Shown: positions 1-12,016 of the stretch, in pieces
Position numbering within the stretch: position 1 is the stretch's first letter
How the letters are laid out: each line of letters starts with the position of its first letter
Origin: the human T2T-CHM13v2.0 reference genome, Homo sapiens
Assembly (NCBI RefSeq): GCF_009914755.1
Contig: NC_060941.1
Length of the DNA: 64,000 bases
Reading direction: 5' to 3' (one strand)
Notes under the pieces: model-generated
Told to the model about the DNA's origin: nothing
The model's input: only the letters and a program-made list of their open reading frames with translations
Databases searched by the model: none
Position numbers and translations under genes: made by a program

Positions 1-186
1 GGCTCAGCAAGTTTTAGCTGCTTCCTCATGGGCACACAGCTAGTGAGTGATGAGCACAGAGCTGCATGGCTCAATTGTCTGGTACACTTTCCCTCCCCCA
101 TCCTGCCTCCCTGCAAGCCACAGAACATGGCAGGCCTCATGCAGAGCACTGGCCTGCAAACTAAGTGAAAGAAACTTCCTATGTGA

Positions 187-490
187 GGCCAGGCACGATG
201 GCTCATACCTGTAATCCCAGCACTTTGGGAGGCCGAGGCGGGCAGATCATGAGGTCAGGAGTTTGAGACCAGCCTGGCCAACATGGTGAAACCCCGTCTC
301 TACTAAAAATACAAAAATTAGCCAGGCATGGTGGCGGGCTCCTGTAATCCCAGCTACTTGGGAAGCTGAGGCAGAAGAACTGCTTGAACCCGGGAAGCGG
401 AGGTTACCGTGAGCCGAGATCATGCCACTGCACTTCACCCTGGGCGACAGAGCAAGACTCCGTCTCAAAAAAAAAAAAACAAAACAAAAC
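187..490 (+). mobile_element. AluS, TSD agaaacttcctatgt (170-184 / 493-507)
   Basis: Dimeric Alu, A tail, TSD. Confidence 0.95.
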
Positions 491-1043
491 CCAGAAACTT
501 CCTATGTTGAGACCCCTGTCTACTAGAAGCAACAGTGAATATAGGGAGAGAGGATTTGAAAGCTGATCATGGCTGATCCCAGGGAAAGAAAGGTCTCCCC
601 TTGCCCCTCCCCATACACACACTGAGGACTCAGAAACGTTGTCCCACCTTCTGCAGCCAGGAGTCCCCACCACCTCCCACACTCCAGCCTGGGCAACACA
701 TCTTCTGTTAGCCCGCTTCATCATGAAGCATAAATTAAACAGAACACCAGAGGGAAACTTGCCACCATAGGACTGACGCTCAAAGCCCTTTCTGAGTTGG
801 ATGGCAGCTTAGTTGGATTCCTTATCAGCCTCTGGCTCTGAGGACCCAGTGTTCCAGGTTAATGTGAATGTTTGGCGGCAACAGCTCACACCAACCCTGC
901 CCTTTTGGTTCAGCGAGAGTCAGAGACAACAGAAACTGTCTCAGACCCCAGGACACAACTTCTAGAATTGGATTGGACTATCTTTGCTGTCCTTTTAAAC
1001 TTATACTTGAAGACTATTTAAACTGCTTTTTAAAATGAAATGA

Positions 1044-1399
<356 letters not shown>

Positions 1400-1612
1400 T
1401 CAAGAGGCAGATAACACAGCCTCACTCTAATCAAAGCAGACAAGAGCCCTGCTCAAGATTATCCCAGAGAATGGCTTGACAACACTTCTAAAACAACAGC
1501 CATGATTTTTGGCAGCTCTCTCAAAACATAATCAGTTCATATTTGCAAGTTTCATATAGAGGGCAAAGCTGTATCATTACATAGCAATGTATTTCACAAA
1601 ATATTCACCCCC

Positions 1613-1913
1613 AGCCAGGCACAACGGCTCATGCCCATAATCCTAGTGCTTTGGAAGGGCAAGGTGGGAGGAGTCCTTGAGACCAGGAGTTCAATCCTGG
1701 GCAATATAGTGAGACCCTATATCTAGAAAAATTTTTACAAATTAGCCAGACATGCTAGTGTGCACCTGTACTTCCAGCTACTGGGGAGGCTGAAGTGACA
1801 GCATCACTTCAGTCCAGGAGTTGGAAGCTGCAGTGAGCTACGATCAAGCCACTGCACTCCAGCCTGGGCAACACAGTAAGACCCTATCTCTAAGAACAAA
1901 CAAATAAACAAAA
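1613..1913 (+). mobile_element. AluJ-like
   Basis: Diverged Alu dimer. Confidence 0.9.
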
Positions 1914-2326
1914 CATTTATCCTGCTGACCGCACAGGCAAATGCTAGCAGCTTTTGGCGGACTGTTGCTGAAGTTTTCTGTAACTCGGGGTGACTAGAAA
2001 GACCTGCTGTGAAAATTTCCTGGGCCCAACAAAGCCATCCATCCTCAATGATATAAAATTTGGGGCTGTCTCTTGAGGAAAACCCTGGAGCTGCCTACAG
2101 GCCGCCCTGCATGGAGGGAGGATGGCCAGCAGTCAACCAGGAGGCAGGGGCTTGTGATTTCCATTCAGGCCTGCCCACCTTCCCACTGGCCTGAGCAGCA
2201 CCTGCCTTCCAGTCCTTGCCAGCAAAGACAACTCAAAAAGCCCTATTCTGAAACTTTCATCAAAAGTCCATCAGTGATGATCTTCATTGAGAACTGTTTG
2301 AAGGATATACCTATCCCTCAAAGTCA

Positions 2327-2725
<399 letters not shown>

Positions 2726-2787
2726 TCACAGAACTCTATCCTGCCAAGCCCAGAGAAGCCTTCAGAATTCTTCTCAAGAAGGCTCCA

Positions 2788-3102
2788 GGCTAGGCACAGT
2801 GGCTCACACCTGTAATCTCAACCCTTTGGGAGGCCAAGGCTGGAGGATCACTTGAGGCCATGAGTTTGAGACCTGCCTGGGCAACATAGTGAGCCCCCAT
2901 CTCTATAAAAACTAAAATTAGCCAGATGTGATGGAACGCGCCTGTAGTCCTAGCTACTCGGAAGCCTTAGGTGGGAAGATCGCTTGAGCCCAGGGGCTTG
3001 TGGTTTCAGTGAGCTCTGACCGTGCCACTGCACTTCAGCCTGGGCAACAGAGCAAGACCTTGTCTCTAAAAACAGAAACAAAAAATAAAAACAAAAACAA
3101 AA
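2788..3102 (+). mobile_element. AluJ-like
   Basis: Diverged Alu dimer. Confidence 0.9.
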
Positions 3103-4441
3103 CCCCACAAGACTCCAGACCTACTCATCAGAGTAGCTCATGAGATGAAACCAGTTTTCCAACTTTGCTTTATAGATATCCTGGCTCTAGAACTGAATGG
3201 AGCTTGGTGAATAATCAGGAAACTACACTCTCAGGTTCCTTGCAGAACTGTTTTTTCTGAGCTTAGACATGAGGTCATGCTCTTGGCCTTCATCATAATG
3301 ATGCTACCTGAAGCAGTCCCGGATCCTGAATTAAACCTTCCTGGAGCTGTTTTGCAGGGTACCTGGCATGTGCTTCTAGATCCCATGTTCATGGAGCTAC
3401 ATACAAGAAATTTAAGAGTGAAGGGTTAGGAAAAAGCTTTGATTCCCTCAACATCTGGGTGGGTTTTATTATTTGTTCAACAACAAAGAGACATGCACCT
3501 GATAGCCCTTCTCTTTTCACCTCACCTAGCAGGAAAGTCGGAGCTAAATTTTCTTCAGTAACCACCACCTTAGCACCCATACATCATCTGCCCCCTAATT
3601 CCTCTCCATCTTGAGTCCCATCTCTTACTTGTTTTTCATGGTCCTGGCTTTTCAGTTAATTTGACAGTTCACCACGTGTGTTTCTGTTGTGATCTGCCTC
3701 AAACCTTCTAGGTACTGAGGTCAGGGTAAGAGTAGTTTAAAAACAAGACAACACATGGACAGTGAAGGGTGTGGCATTGGGAGTACCCTTTCTGGGTCTT
3801 CTCTCCCTTCCTGCGGGGGTAGCATGGTAGTCTTCTCCACTGCCCCAGTTTATTCACTGGGGATGCGGTCCAGTCGGAAATGGGGCTCTGGCTCAGGGGC
3901 AGGGAAAGGGACCTGGGGAGAAAGAGGTTTCCCAACCAGGCCTGTCACAGTAAGCAGCCAGGGACAGGGAGCCTCCTGTCTCTCTCAGGCTGGGACGAGG
4001 GCTGCCATTCTAGTCATGAGAATTTCCTCTCCCAGAGGCCCTACTCCTCACCACCCTCCAGGGCAAGGATTATTATTAACTCAGCTCCTGGAGAGGGAAC
4101 TGCAGAATATGTGATGTTAGAAACAAAGGACAGGTCCCCTGGGGCGGGGGTGCAGCGTTGGCCTTGAGCCCTGAGAATGGTAGCCCCAATTCTTCCCAGG
4201 TCCTCCTTCTTGGGGCTTGCCTACAGTAAGGGTCCCACAGCACTGCCAACAACTGCACCAATATCACCTCTCTGGCTCTGGGTTCCTACCTCTATTAATA
4301 CAGCCAAAAGCTGCACTCAGTGTTGGCTCATAGGGAATTAAGGGTCAAAAACCCCCAGGTCATTTCCAGGTCAATAGTTGTCAGAGAGCTGGCAGGCATC
4401 ACTAAGCCCCTTCCCTCCTTCTCCCCAACCCCGCCACTCAC

Positions 4442-4546
4442 CTCCAGCACATTCTTCCTACTGGATTTGTCTTTGGGGGCCCAGGAGAGAGTGGCCCCCC
4501 TCAGCTCCACTGTGTACTCAGGGGTGGAAAACTTGGAAGGCTGCCT
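4442..4546 (-). CDS. ARHGAP27: ARHGAP27 coding exon, PH domain (RQPSKFSTPEY...KNVLE); the gene continues past base 1
   Basis: 105 nt, cacag| acceptor and GAG|gtgagt donor, phase 0-0; peptide recognised as ARHGAP27 PH domain. Confidence 0.95.
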
Positions 4547-5005
4547 CTGTGGGAGAGGGAGGAAGGTCACAGGGAGCCCTCAGTTCAGATGTGTCTGCTG
4601 TGGCACTCTGACCCTAGGAATAGGATGGGGTCACTGGCATGGCCAGGAAACAACTCTGGGGAAAAGTGCCCCAAGTGTTCCTGAACCCAGAGACCCTGAT
4701 GCTTCTTAACCATGGAGCCTGCTGGCTGGCATGTCCACTGCTGCCCACCCACCCAGGGGAGGACAGGAAAGGAGTGCAGTCTGCATCCCTGCAAGCAGGT
4801 GTGCCCACCCCCAGCCTCCCTGCCCTCCAGGCTGGAGCTGGCCACCCTCAAGACTGTTCCCCATCTCCAGTGGGCTAAAACTACTTGTCTTGGAGTGAAT
4901 CTGCCAGTATCACCCCCTTCCTGCCAAGGCCCAGCTCCTCTGACACTCATGGACCACTCTCTCAGACCTGGTCATCTCCAAGCCAGATTAGATAGAGCAG
5001 ATGGG

Positions 5006-5307
5006 GGCTGGGCACAGTGGCTCACGCCTGTAATCTCAGCACTTGAGGAGGTCGAGGTGGGCGGATCACCTGAGGTCAAGAGTCCAAGACCAGTCTGGCC
5101 AACATAGTAAAACCCTATCTCTACTAAAAACACAAAAATTAGCCGCACATGGTGGCACATGCCTGTAGTCCTAGCTACTCGAGAGGCTGAGGCAGGAGCA
5201 CTCAGGAGGGAGAGGTTGCAGTGAGCCGAGATTACACCACTACACTCCAGCCTGGGTGACAGAGCGAGACTCCGTCTCAAAAAAAATAAAAATAAAAATA
5301 AAAAAAA
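5006..5307 (+). mobile_element. AluS, TSD agcagatggg
   Basis: Alu consensus, ~40 bp from an exon donor. Confidence 0.93.
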
Positions 5308-5346
5308 GCAGATGGGATGGTCCCTGCCCTGAGGGCCTGGCCTTAC

Positions 5347-5437
5347 CAGGCCGCCTGCAGCCGAGGTCTTTGAGTCCTTGAAGAATGTCAGGACGCCACC
5401 CTCCAGCACAGTCCAGGAGGCACTCCAGTGCTTCTTC
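5347..5437 (-). CDS. ARHGAP27: ARHGAP27 coding exon, PH domain ([30 protein letters not shown])
   Basis: 91 nt, cctag| and CTG|gtaagg; phase 2-0, in frame with neighbours. Confidence 0.95.
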
Positions 5438-5756
5438 CTAGGTGGGGGTGGGGAAGTGGGGGTGGCAGGACTTAGATTTGGTCCTGGGCTGAGGGCCCCT
5501 CCTACCCCAGGAACAAGTCAGAGCTTAGGAACACAGGCTAGGGCACCCCATTATGAGGGCTGGAATCCCGACTCTAACACCTAGCAGCCGAGGGACCTTG
5601 AGCAAGTCACTTTATCTCACAGTGTCTCAGGGTCCACAGAGGACCACTCACGAAGTTGTTGTGAGGATTAATAAGAGCCTGGCATACAGGAAGTGCTCAG
5701 TGAACATCGTCACCAAGGCCCACCCTGCCCCGGCCTGAGTGTAGATGGGCTCTCAC

Positions 5757-5824
5757 CGGAGCCGCTTTCCCTTGTCTGCCGTCTTGGTGCGATGGAGCAC
5801 CCCTGCCTTGTCCAAGGTCTTGGT
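5757..5824 (-). CDS. ARHGAP27: ARHGAP27 coding exon, PH start (TKTLDKAGVLHRTKTADKGKRLR)
   Basis: 68 nt, cttag| and CG|gtgaga; translated by hand (too short for the ORF track). Confidence 0.93.
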
Positions 5825-5996
5825 CTAAGAGAGAGAAGAGAGAGCAGGCGCAAGAGTGTGTAGTTAAGGGGTGAGCTATGGGGAGTAGAGGCTGGTCACC
5901 TGCTCAGCTGCCACTCTCTATGGTCTGGGCCCGTGTCTCCACTGAACCCTCCTCGCCAGCACCACCACCTGGCTGGGGGTAGGGGGTGATGCCTAC

Positions 5997-6062
5997 CCTC
6001 ACAGCAGCTGTGGCAGGAGAGACTTCCTCCCAGCTCCCAACCTCATCCAGCTCTGCTGGGAC
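5997..6062 (-). CDS. ARHGAP27: ARHGAP27 coding exon (VPAELDEVGSWEEVSPATAAVR), symmetric and skippable
   Basis: 66 nt, catag| and AGG|gtaggc, phase 0-0. Confidence 0.85.
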
Positions 6063-6172
6063 CTATGGGGGAAGACAGATAGATCCCACCAAGTCCCTCC
6101 TCCCAGGAACTCCAGAAGCCCCCCACTGCTTCTGTGGTGGTCCTGCCAGGACCTCAATGGCTCCTCCCCTAC

Positions 6173-6256
6173 CTTCTCCTCTGGAGGGCTGGCCTGGGCT
6201 GGGGTGTCACCATCCTGGCTGGATTTATGGATGCTTCGAGGGGCAGGGACAGGGAC
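6173..6256 (-). CDS. ARHGAP27: ARHGAP27 coding exon (VPVPAPRSIH...SPPEEK)
   Basis: 84 nt, cccag| and AAG|gtaggg, phase 0-0. Confidence 0.92.
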
Positions 6257-6328
6257 CTGGGGAGAAAGACACAGTCGTATATGATCTCTTCCTCTCTCCC
6301 CAACACCCCCCTTTCCCCAGGTTGTTAC

Positions 6329-6409
6329 CTGGGGCAGCTCCCATCGAACAGAGGAGTCCTCTGGATTGTAGAAGTATGGCTTCCCGTGGGGGTCCTCCAG
6401 CCTCACCCA
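6329..6409 (-). CDS. ARHGAP27: ARHGAP27 coding exon, WW domain (WVRLEDPHGKPYFYNPEDSSVRWELPQ)
   Basis: 81 nt, cacag| and CAG|gtaaca; W...YFYN...W-x-x-P WW signature. Confidence 0.94.
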
Positions 6410-6651
6410 CTGTGGGGAGAGGAATGGTCAGGGCCTCCAGCCCAGCTTATGAGAGGGGAGGAAAAGTTTCCCTCTAACCAGGTTCCAAGACAGCACCAGG
6501 GAGTCTGGAGGGGCAGGTGCAGGTGACTGTGTTTGGCTGGTTTAGGCTCTGTGTGGGAGCTGCGGTTTAGAGCACTGAGGCGACCTATTAGTGAGGAAGG
6601 TTGTGGGGAGGACTCTGAGGCTGTCCGGGTCCATCTGCCCCCTGCCCCTAC

Positions 6652-6834
6652 CTGCTCCTGAGTGAAGTGGTTGGTGTAGAGCATCTGCTTGTCCTGGCTG
6701 ACATGACAAGACCAGCCGGGGGGTGTGGTCAAGGGAGAGGTAGGGCCGGGCTCACCGAAAGAGCCCACGGGAGAATAGTCCTCCTCGGGGTAACTGGTCA
6801 GCGACTCGGGGTAGTCCGTCTCGGGAGTGGGGGG
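6652..6834 (-). CDS. ARHGAP27: ARHGAP27 coding exon (PPTPETDYPES...YTNHFTQEQ)
   Basis: 183 nt, ccgcag| and CAG|gtaggg, phase 0-0. Confidence 0.93.
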
Positions 6835-7403
6835 CTGCGGGGAACAGAAGGTGGAGTCAGAGGCTCTGAGTGCCAGTACTGCCTGCTGGCCCTGCCGTTT
6901 TGGACCAGGCCCACCCCCTTGCCTTCTGGTCCCTGAGGCTGTGGGAGCAGGAGGCGGGGTCAGAAGCGCTCAGAGGTAGCTCCGCACCTCACCCTCTGGT
7001 CCCTGGGGCTGTGGGAGCAGAAGGCGTCAGAGGTAGCCCCGCCCACTCCAGCCCTGCCCCTCACCTTCTGGTCCCTGGGTCTGCAGAAACAGGAGGCGGG
7101 GTCAGAAGCGCTTAGAGGTAGCCCCACCCATCCTGCCCCACCCCTCACCCTCTGGTCCTTAGGTCTGTGGGAGCAGGAGGTGGGGTCAAAGGCGCTCAGA
7201 GGTAGCCCCGCCCACTCCAGCCCCGCCCTTCACCCTGGGGTCCCTGGGTCTGTGGGAGCAGGAGAAGGGGTCAAAGGCTCTCAGAGGTAGCCCCGCCCAC
7301 CCATCACCACCCCCTCACCCGTGTGTCCCTGGGCCTCTGGGAGCAGGAGGCGGGATCAGAGGCGCTCAGAGGTAGAACCGCCCACTCTGGCCCTGCCCCT
7401 CAC
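6835..7403. repeat. GC-rich minisatellite, 6 units of ~70-85 bp, filling most of the intron
   Basis: Recurrent cctctggtccctggg-ctgtgggagcaggaggcggggtcagaagcgctcagaggtagccccgcccac...cctcac. Confidence 0.9.
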
Positions 7404-7811
7404 CCGCGGGTCCCCTGGGCTGCCAGGGCTCAGGCCCGGCTGCATCTCCAACTCCTCCTCGGGCTCGTTCTCGGCCTCGTCCTCCCAGGCCGTCTCGCCC
7501 GTCAGCGGGTTGTAGAAGAACACCCTGCGGCTCTCCTCATCCCAGTACTGGCCCCACTCGGTCTCAAGGCTCACGTGGCTGTCCACCGAGGCAGGGGAGG
7601 TGGCTGGGCTGGCGGCACCCTCGGCAGCCTCAAAGGGCGACTCCCAGGTGGTAACTCCCGTGTCTGGGTTGTAGTAGTAGGGGCGCCCGGTGCCCGCGTC
7701 CGTGTGCGTCTCCCACACCGGGCTGGGAAGGGGGGCTGCAGCGGCGCCCGGTGAAGTGGCCCGGGGCTGCCTCTCTATGTTCGCGTACACGGGCTCCGGT
7801 GGGTCGTCCAC
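7404..7811 (-). CDS. ARHGAP27: ARHGAP27 coding exon with two WW domains (VDDPPEPVYANI...SPGDPR)
   Basis: 408 nt, cgcag| and CGG|gtgagg; WETHTDAGTGRPYYYNPDTGVTTWESP and WGQYWDEESRRVFFYNPLTGETAWED. Confidence 0.96.
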
Positions 7812-8390
7812 CTGCGGGAGGAGAAAGGAGGAATTTTGTGTTTTCAGAAACCTTCCAAAATGGTAACAGAGGTCCCCTCTGGGCAGTGCGATTATAGGGG
7901 TTTATTTGTTTTCGCTTTATTTTCTTTAAACTTTTCTGCAGCCTCAAAATTTTGTACAACAAAGCATTTTAAAAATCACGTAAGTTCTTCTGCTCACTGT
8001 GACACCATCACTAAGCCGTAAACTCCTTGAAAGGGGAAGTGCCTGTTAGAAGTGGCCTCTTCTTGAGCTTTAGCCCCTTGGGCGACCTTCAGGAAGTCAC
8101 ACTACCTCTCTGCCTCAGTTTCCTGGGTGTAAAATGTCTGCTCTGTCCATTCCGGAAACTGTAGTGAAGAGTGAATGAGGAAATGCTCTTGAAAGTACTT
8201 TGTAAAGTATTTAGTGCCCCAGACGGGTGGGTCAATTACATTAATTATATTTATCAATAATAATAAAACATCGATAACCCAGTTCTCACAACTGTGCACT
8301 CACAGAGGCAAGTCAGAGGTTGGGCAGGAACTGAGAAGTGGTCTGGGGCGTGCCCCTGTTTATGGTGCCCATTCAGGGCCCTGCTGCATT

Positions 8391-8482
8391 CTTTTTTTTG
8401 AGATGGGGTCTAGCTCTGTCACCCAGGCTGGAGTGCAGTGGCGCAATCTTGGCTCACTGCAACCACCACCTCCTGGATTCAA
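8391..8482 (-). mobile_element. Alu 3' fragment
   Basis: Partial right arm with T tail. Confidence 0.8.
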
Positions 8483-9161
8483 GCTGCATTCTTACAGCTC
8501 CACTGAGAGCTCCCACCCCACCCCACTCTCAGCCCAGAAAGCTCTGGGATTGGAATCAGCACCCTGTCTGGATTTGGGGACTGAACTTTCCAAGGTGAAG
8601 TTTGCAGGTGTCAGAACCAATTCCAGACAAGAGAGGGAGACAGGACAGCCAGATGGGCTGGAGAATGGAGGGGCAAAGAGAGGTGAATTGTTTTACTCCA
8701 CCCCAAAGGAGAGTGAGGGCAGCTGGGGGTTCAATCACATAGAACATAAACCTAGCCATGCGTAAGCCTCCCGGAACAGAGGCTCTCCTGATTCACACCT
8801 CAGAGCTCCCTGCTGGCTGCAGGGCAAAGTCTAAGCCCTTAACCAGGCACAAGAGACCGTCCCTCACCGGCCTGTGCTTCCACTATTATTTCCTGCCACT
8901 CCTTGCCCCTTGCCTTGAACTTTAAGCTCCAGTAGCACCAGTTGCTAGAGGTCCCCACCGTCCCTGCTGTGTTTCCTCCAGGCCTAGGCTCATCTGCAGC
9001 CTGCCCAGGCCCATCTCCACCCCTTTTTTTGCCTGGCTGACTCCAATTCCTTCTTCAGGATTCAGCTGAGGTGCCAGGTTCCAGCCTTTTCCTGAGATTC
9101 CCCCCATCCCCGTGCCCCCACATTCAGCCCAGCACCCTTGGCCCCACAGAGGGACAGATGA

Positions 9162-9557
<396 letters not shown>

Positions 9558-11959
9558 TAAGCATACACAATACTTCAGGGGAAAGCAGATTTCCACATTT
9601 CAATTTTGTGTTTTCGGAAACTTTCCAAAATGCTAACAGAGGTCCCTTCTGAGCACTGTGATTATAGGGGTTTGTTTTTGTTTTGTTTTCTTTGAACTTT
9701 CCTGCAGCCTCAAAATTTTGTACTACAAAACTTTTAAAAATTCACAGAAGTTCCTCTGCTGACTGTGACACCATCACTAAGCTGTAAACTCCTCGAAAGA
9801 GGAAGCACCTGTTCAGGGTGGTCTCTCCCTGAGCCTTAGGCAGATGCCAAAAAAAAAAAAAAATTCATTTTTCACCAAACTGATGCCAAAAAAGCAAACC
9901 AAACCAAAACAATGAAAAGAAGAAGGAAAAGAAGAACATTTGTTTACCCAACAAAGATTCACCTGCTCTGTGCCAGGCACTGTTTGAGGCACGGGGAATA
10001 CAGCAGGGAAGAAAGGGACACAAATCCTTCCCTGGCAGAGCTGGCACTCAAGTGCACCTGTGTGTAAATGGTGGGGGTGATGAGTAAATGGACAGCATGT
10101 CAGTGCTGATCACTGCTAAGCAAGAAATGAAAACACTGTCAATGAAGAGGATGTTACAGTTTTAGACAGGGTGCCAGTCCCCAGGCGCCTGGGGGACAGG
10201 GAGAGCTGGGGATCCCAGCCCATCAGTTCTTCTCTCCTCTCCCCTTCCTCCAGGCTGCTGTGTGGCTGAGAGGGGACCCTCCACCCCACTTGTCCTTTCT
10301 CTACCCCCACCATAGCTCTGATGTGGCATCCTGTAGTCCAACCACAACAGGCCTCTCACCGGCCCCCAACAGAAAAGGCATCCTCCCACCTCGAAGCGTT
10401 TGCTCCAGCCATTCCCTCAGCCTGGAATTCCCTTCTCTGGTTCTCTGCCTACCCAAATCCTGCTCTCTCACGGTGCTCAGCTGACAAGCCTCTCCAGGGA
10501 GAGGTCAAACCTGCTGGCACTCTGCTCACTGCTCTGTTGAGGCCCAATGGCGTTCTGCCTTGGTGGGCAGCCAGTTGTCCAACCATCTGCCCACCTCCTC
10601 TGCCCCAAAAGGCAGGATTTTCTTGAGAGCAAGACTAAGGATAATGTAGCTGATTCCATTTGCCCCCCAGCAGCTGGGCCAATGCCCTGAAGCACATAGC
10701 AGGTCTGCCACAAACTGCTTGTGTACACAAGTCTAACCCATGCCCAGTTTCAGCAACAAACATGCCTGACATGACAGAAGAGCCTGGAATGAGCTTGAGC
10801 TTTCTGAGGAGGAGGGTCGGAGCCACAGAAACCAGGAGATTCCTGGGGAGGGCAGGATGGAAGCAGCGGGGAGAGGAAGGCAGAGGAACCAGACACACCT
10901 CCCATCCTCCCAGCTGAACGCACTGGGGCAGGAGTTGAAAGGCTCCACCAGGGGTGGATGAGCTGATAAGGAACAGGCTCTTTGGAGCAGGAATTTCTAC
11001 TTGGCAGGCTGTGGGCCATGGCTCTGGGTCCACGAGGAGTCCCAGGCCAGTGAGGCTGATGGGGTCCTCACACGAAGGAATGTCCCCAGCAGGTACAGAG
11101 GAGATTTCGGAGGTAGAAGTTTAGGTCCCCAGCATGACAGGGCTGTCACAAGGAAGAGAAGATGGGGTATCATGCTGCAGGGGCACAGCAGCATTCCTCT
11201 GAAGGAAGCATTCTGAGGACTAGGGCTGCCAGAGACACAGGCTGCTTCTGGAGGTAGTGAGGGGCCCTCACTGGAGGTGACTGAGCAGAGTCTACTCCCT
11301 GTTAGGGAAGCCATAGCCCTGTGGTGGGTGTTGAACTGCAGTGTCCTTCAGGCCCCTTCAAACTCTGGAACTCTCGGCAGACCCTGCACAGTGCTGAGAT
11401 AGAGATGCTCTCCTCTCCTGGCAGAGCCTCAGCTGGGTTCTAACCAGCTCCTGGGGCCAGGTGCAGTCACGCCCTCCACATCCTCTGGCCTTCAAGGAGT
11501 TACAGGCGCCTGCCACCCCTACCCTCCTCCTTGCTCCTGTTCATGGAGGCCCAGACAAGACCCAGATGCAGCTCATAAGCAGGGGCCTGACTACGGGATC
11601 AATGGCTCTTGGGTCGCATCCTAGAGACAAGAAGTGGCCTTCCCACCTCAGGCCAGAGGAGGAGCCAAGAGGGACCTGGCTCTCAGGCTCCAGGCTGCCC
11701 AGCCCCCTGGTACTGCCTTACAGTGGTTCACCCCTTATCTCCAGTTCCCTCCCCTGTCCACAAGCAGGTGGCAGCCCTGCCACTCTTGCCCCAAGCTGAC
11801 CACCTCTTGGATGGGCAGGGCCTCCGAGAAGGAAAGAGAAAAGGAAGTATGAGCCCCAACTTCCAAGAGGCTCCCTGCTCTAAGCCCCAGCTCACCCAGC
11901 TCCTAACAGGGCTTGTGGTAGAGGCCCACCGGGCACCCCTTGACCCCAGCATCCCCTAC

Positions 11960-12016
11960 CTGTGCCGGCAAGGCTCGACTCTGCCTCCTGGTCACTTTGG
12001 CGATTATGTCCACCAT
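11960..12016 (-). CDS. ARHGAP27: Candidate alternative first coding exon of ARHGAP27 (MVDIIAKVTRRQSRALPAQ)
   Basis: AGGATGG strong Kozak context, 19 codons, CAG|gtaggg phase-0 donor in frame with the exon ending at 7811. Confidence 0.7.
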
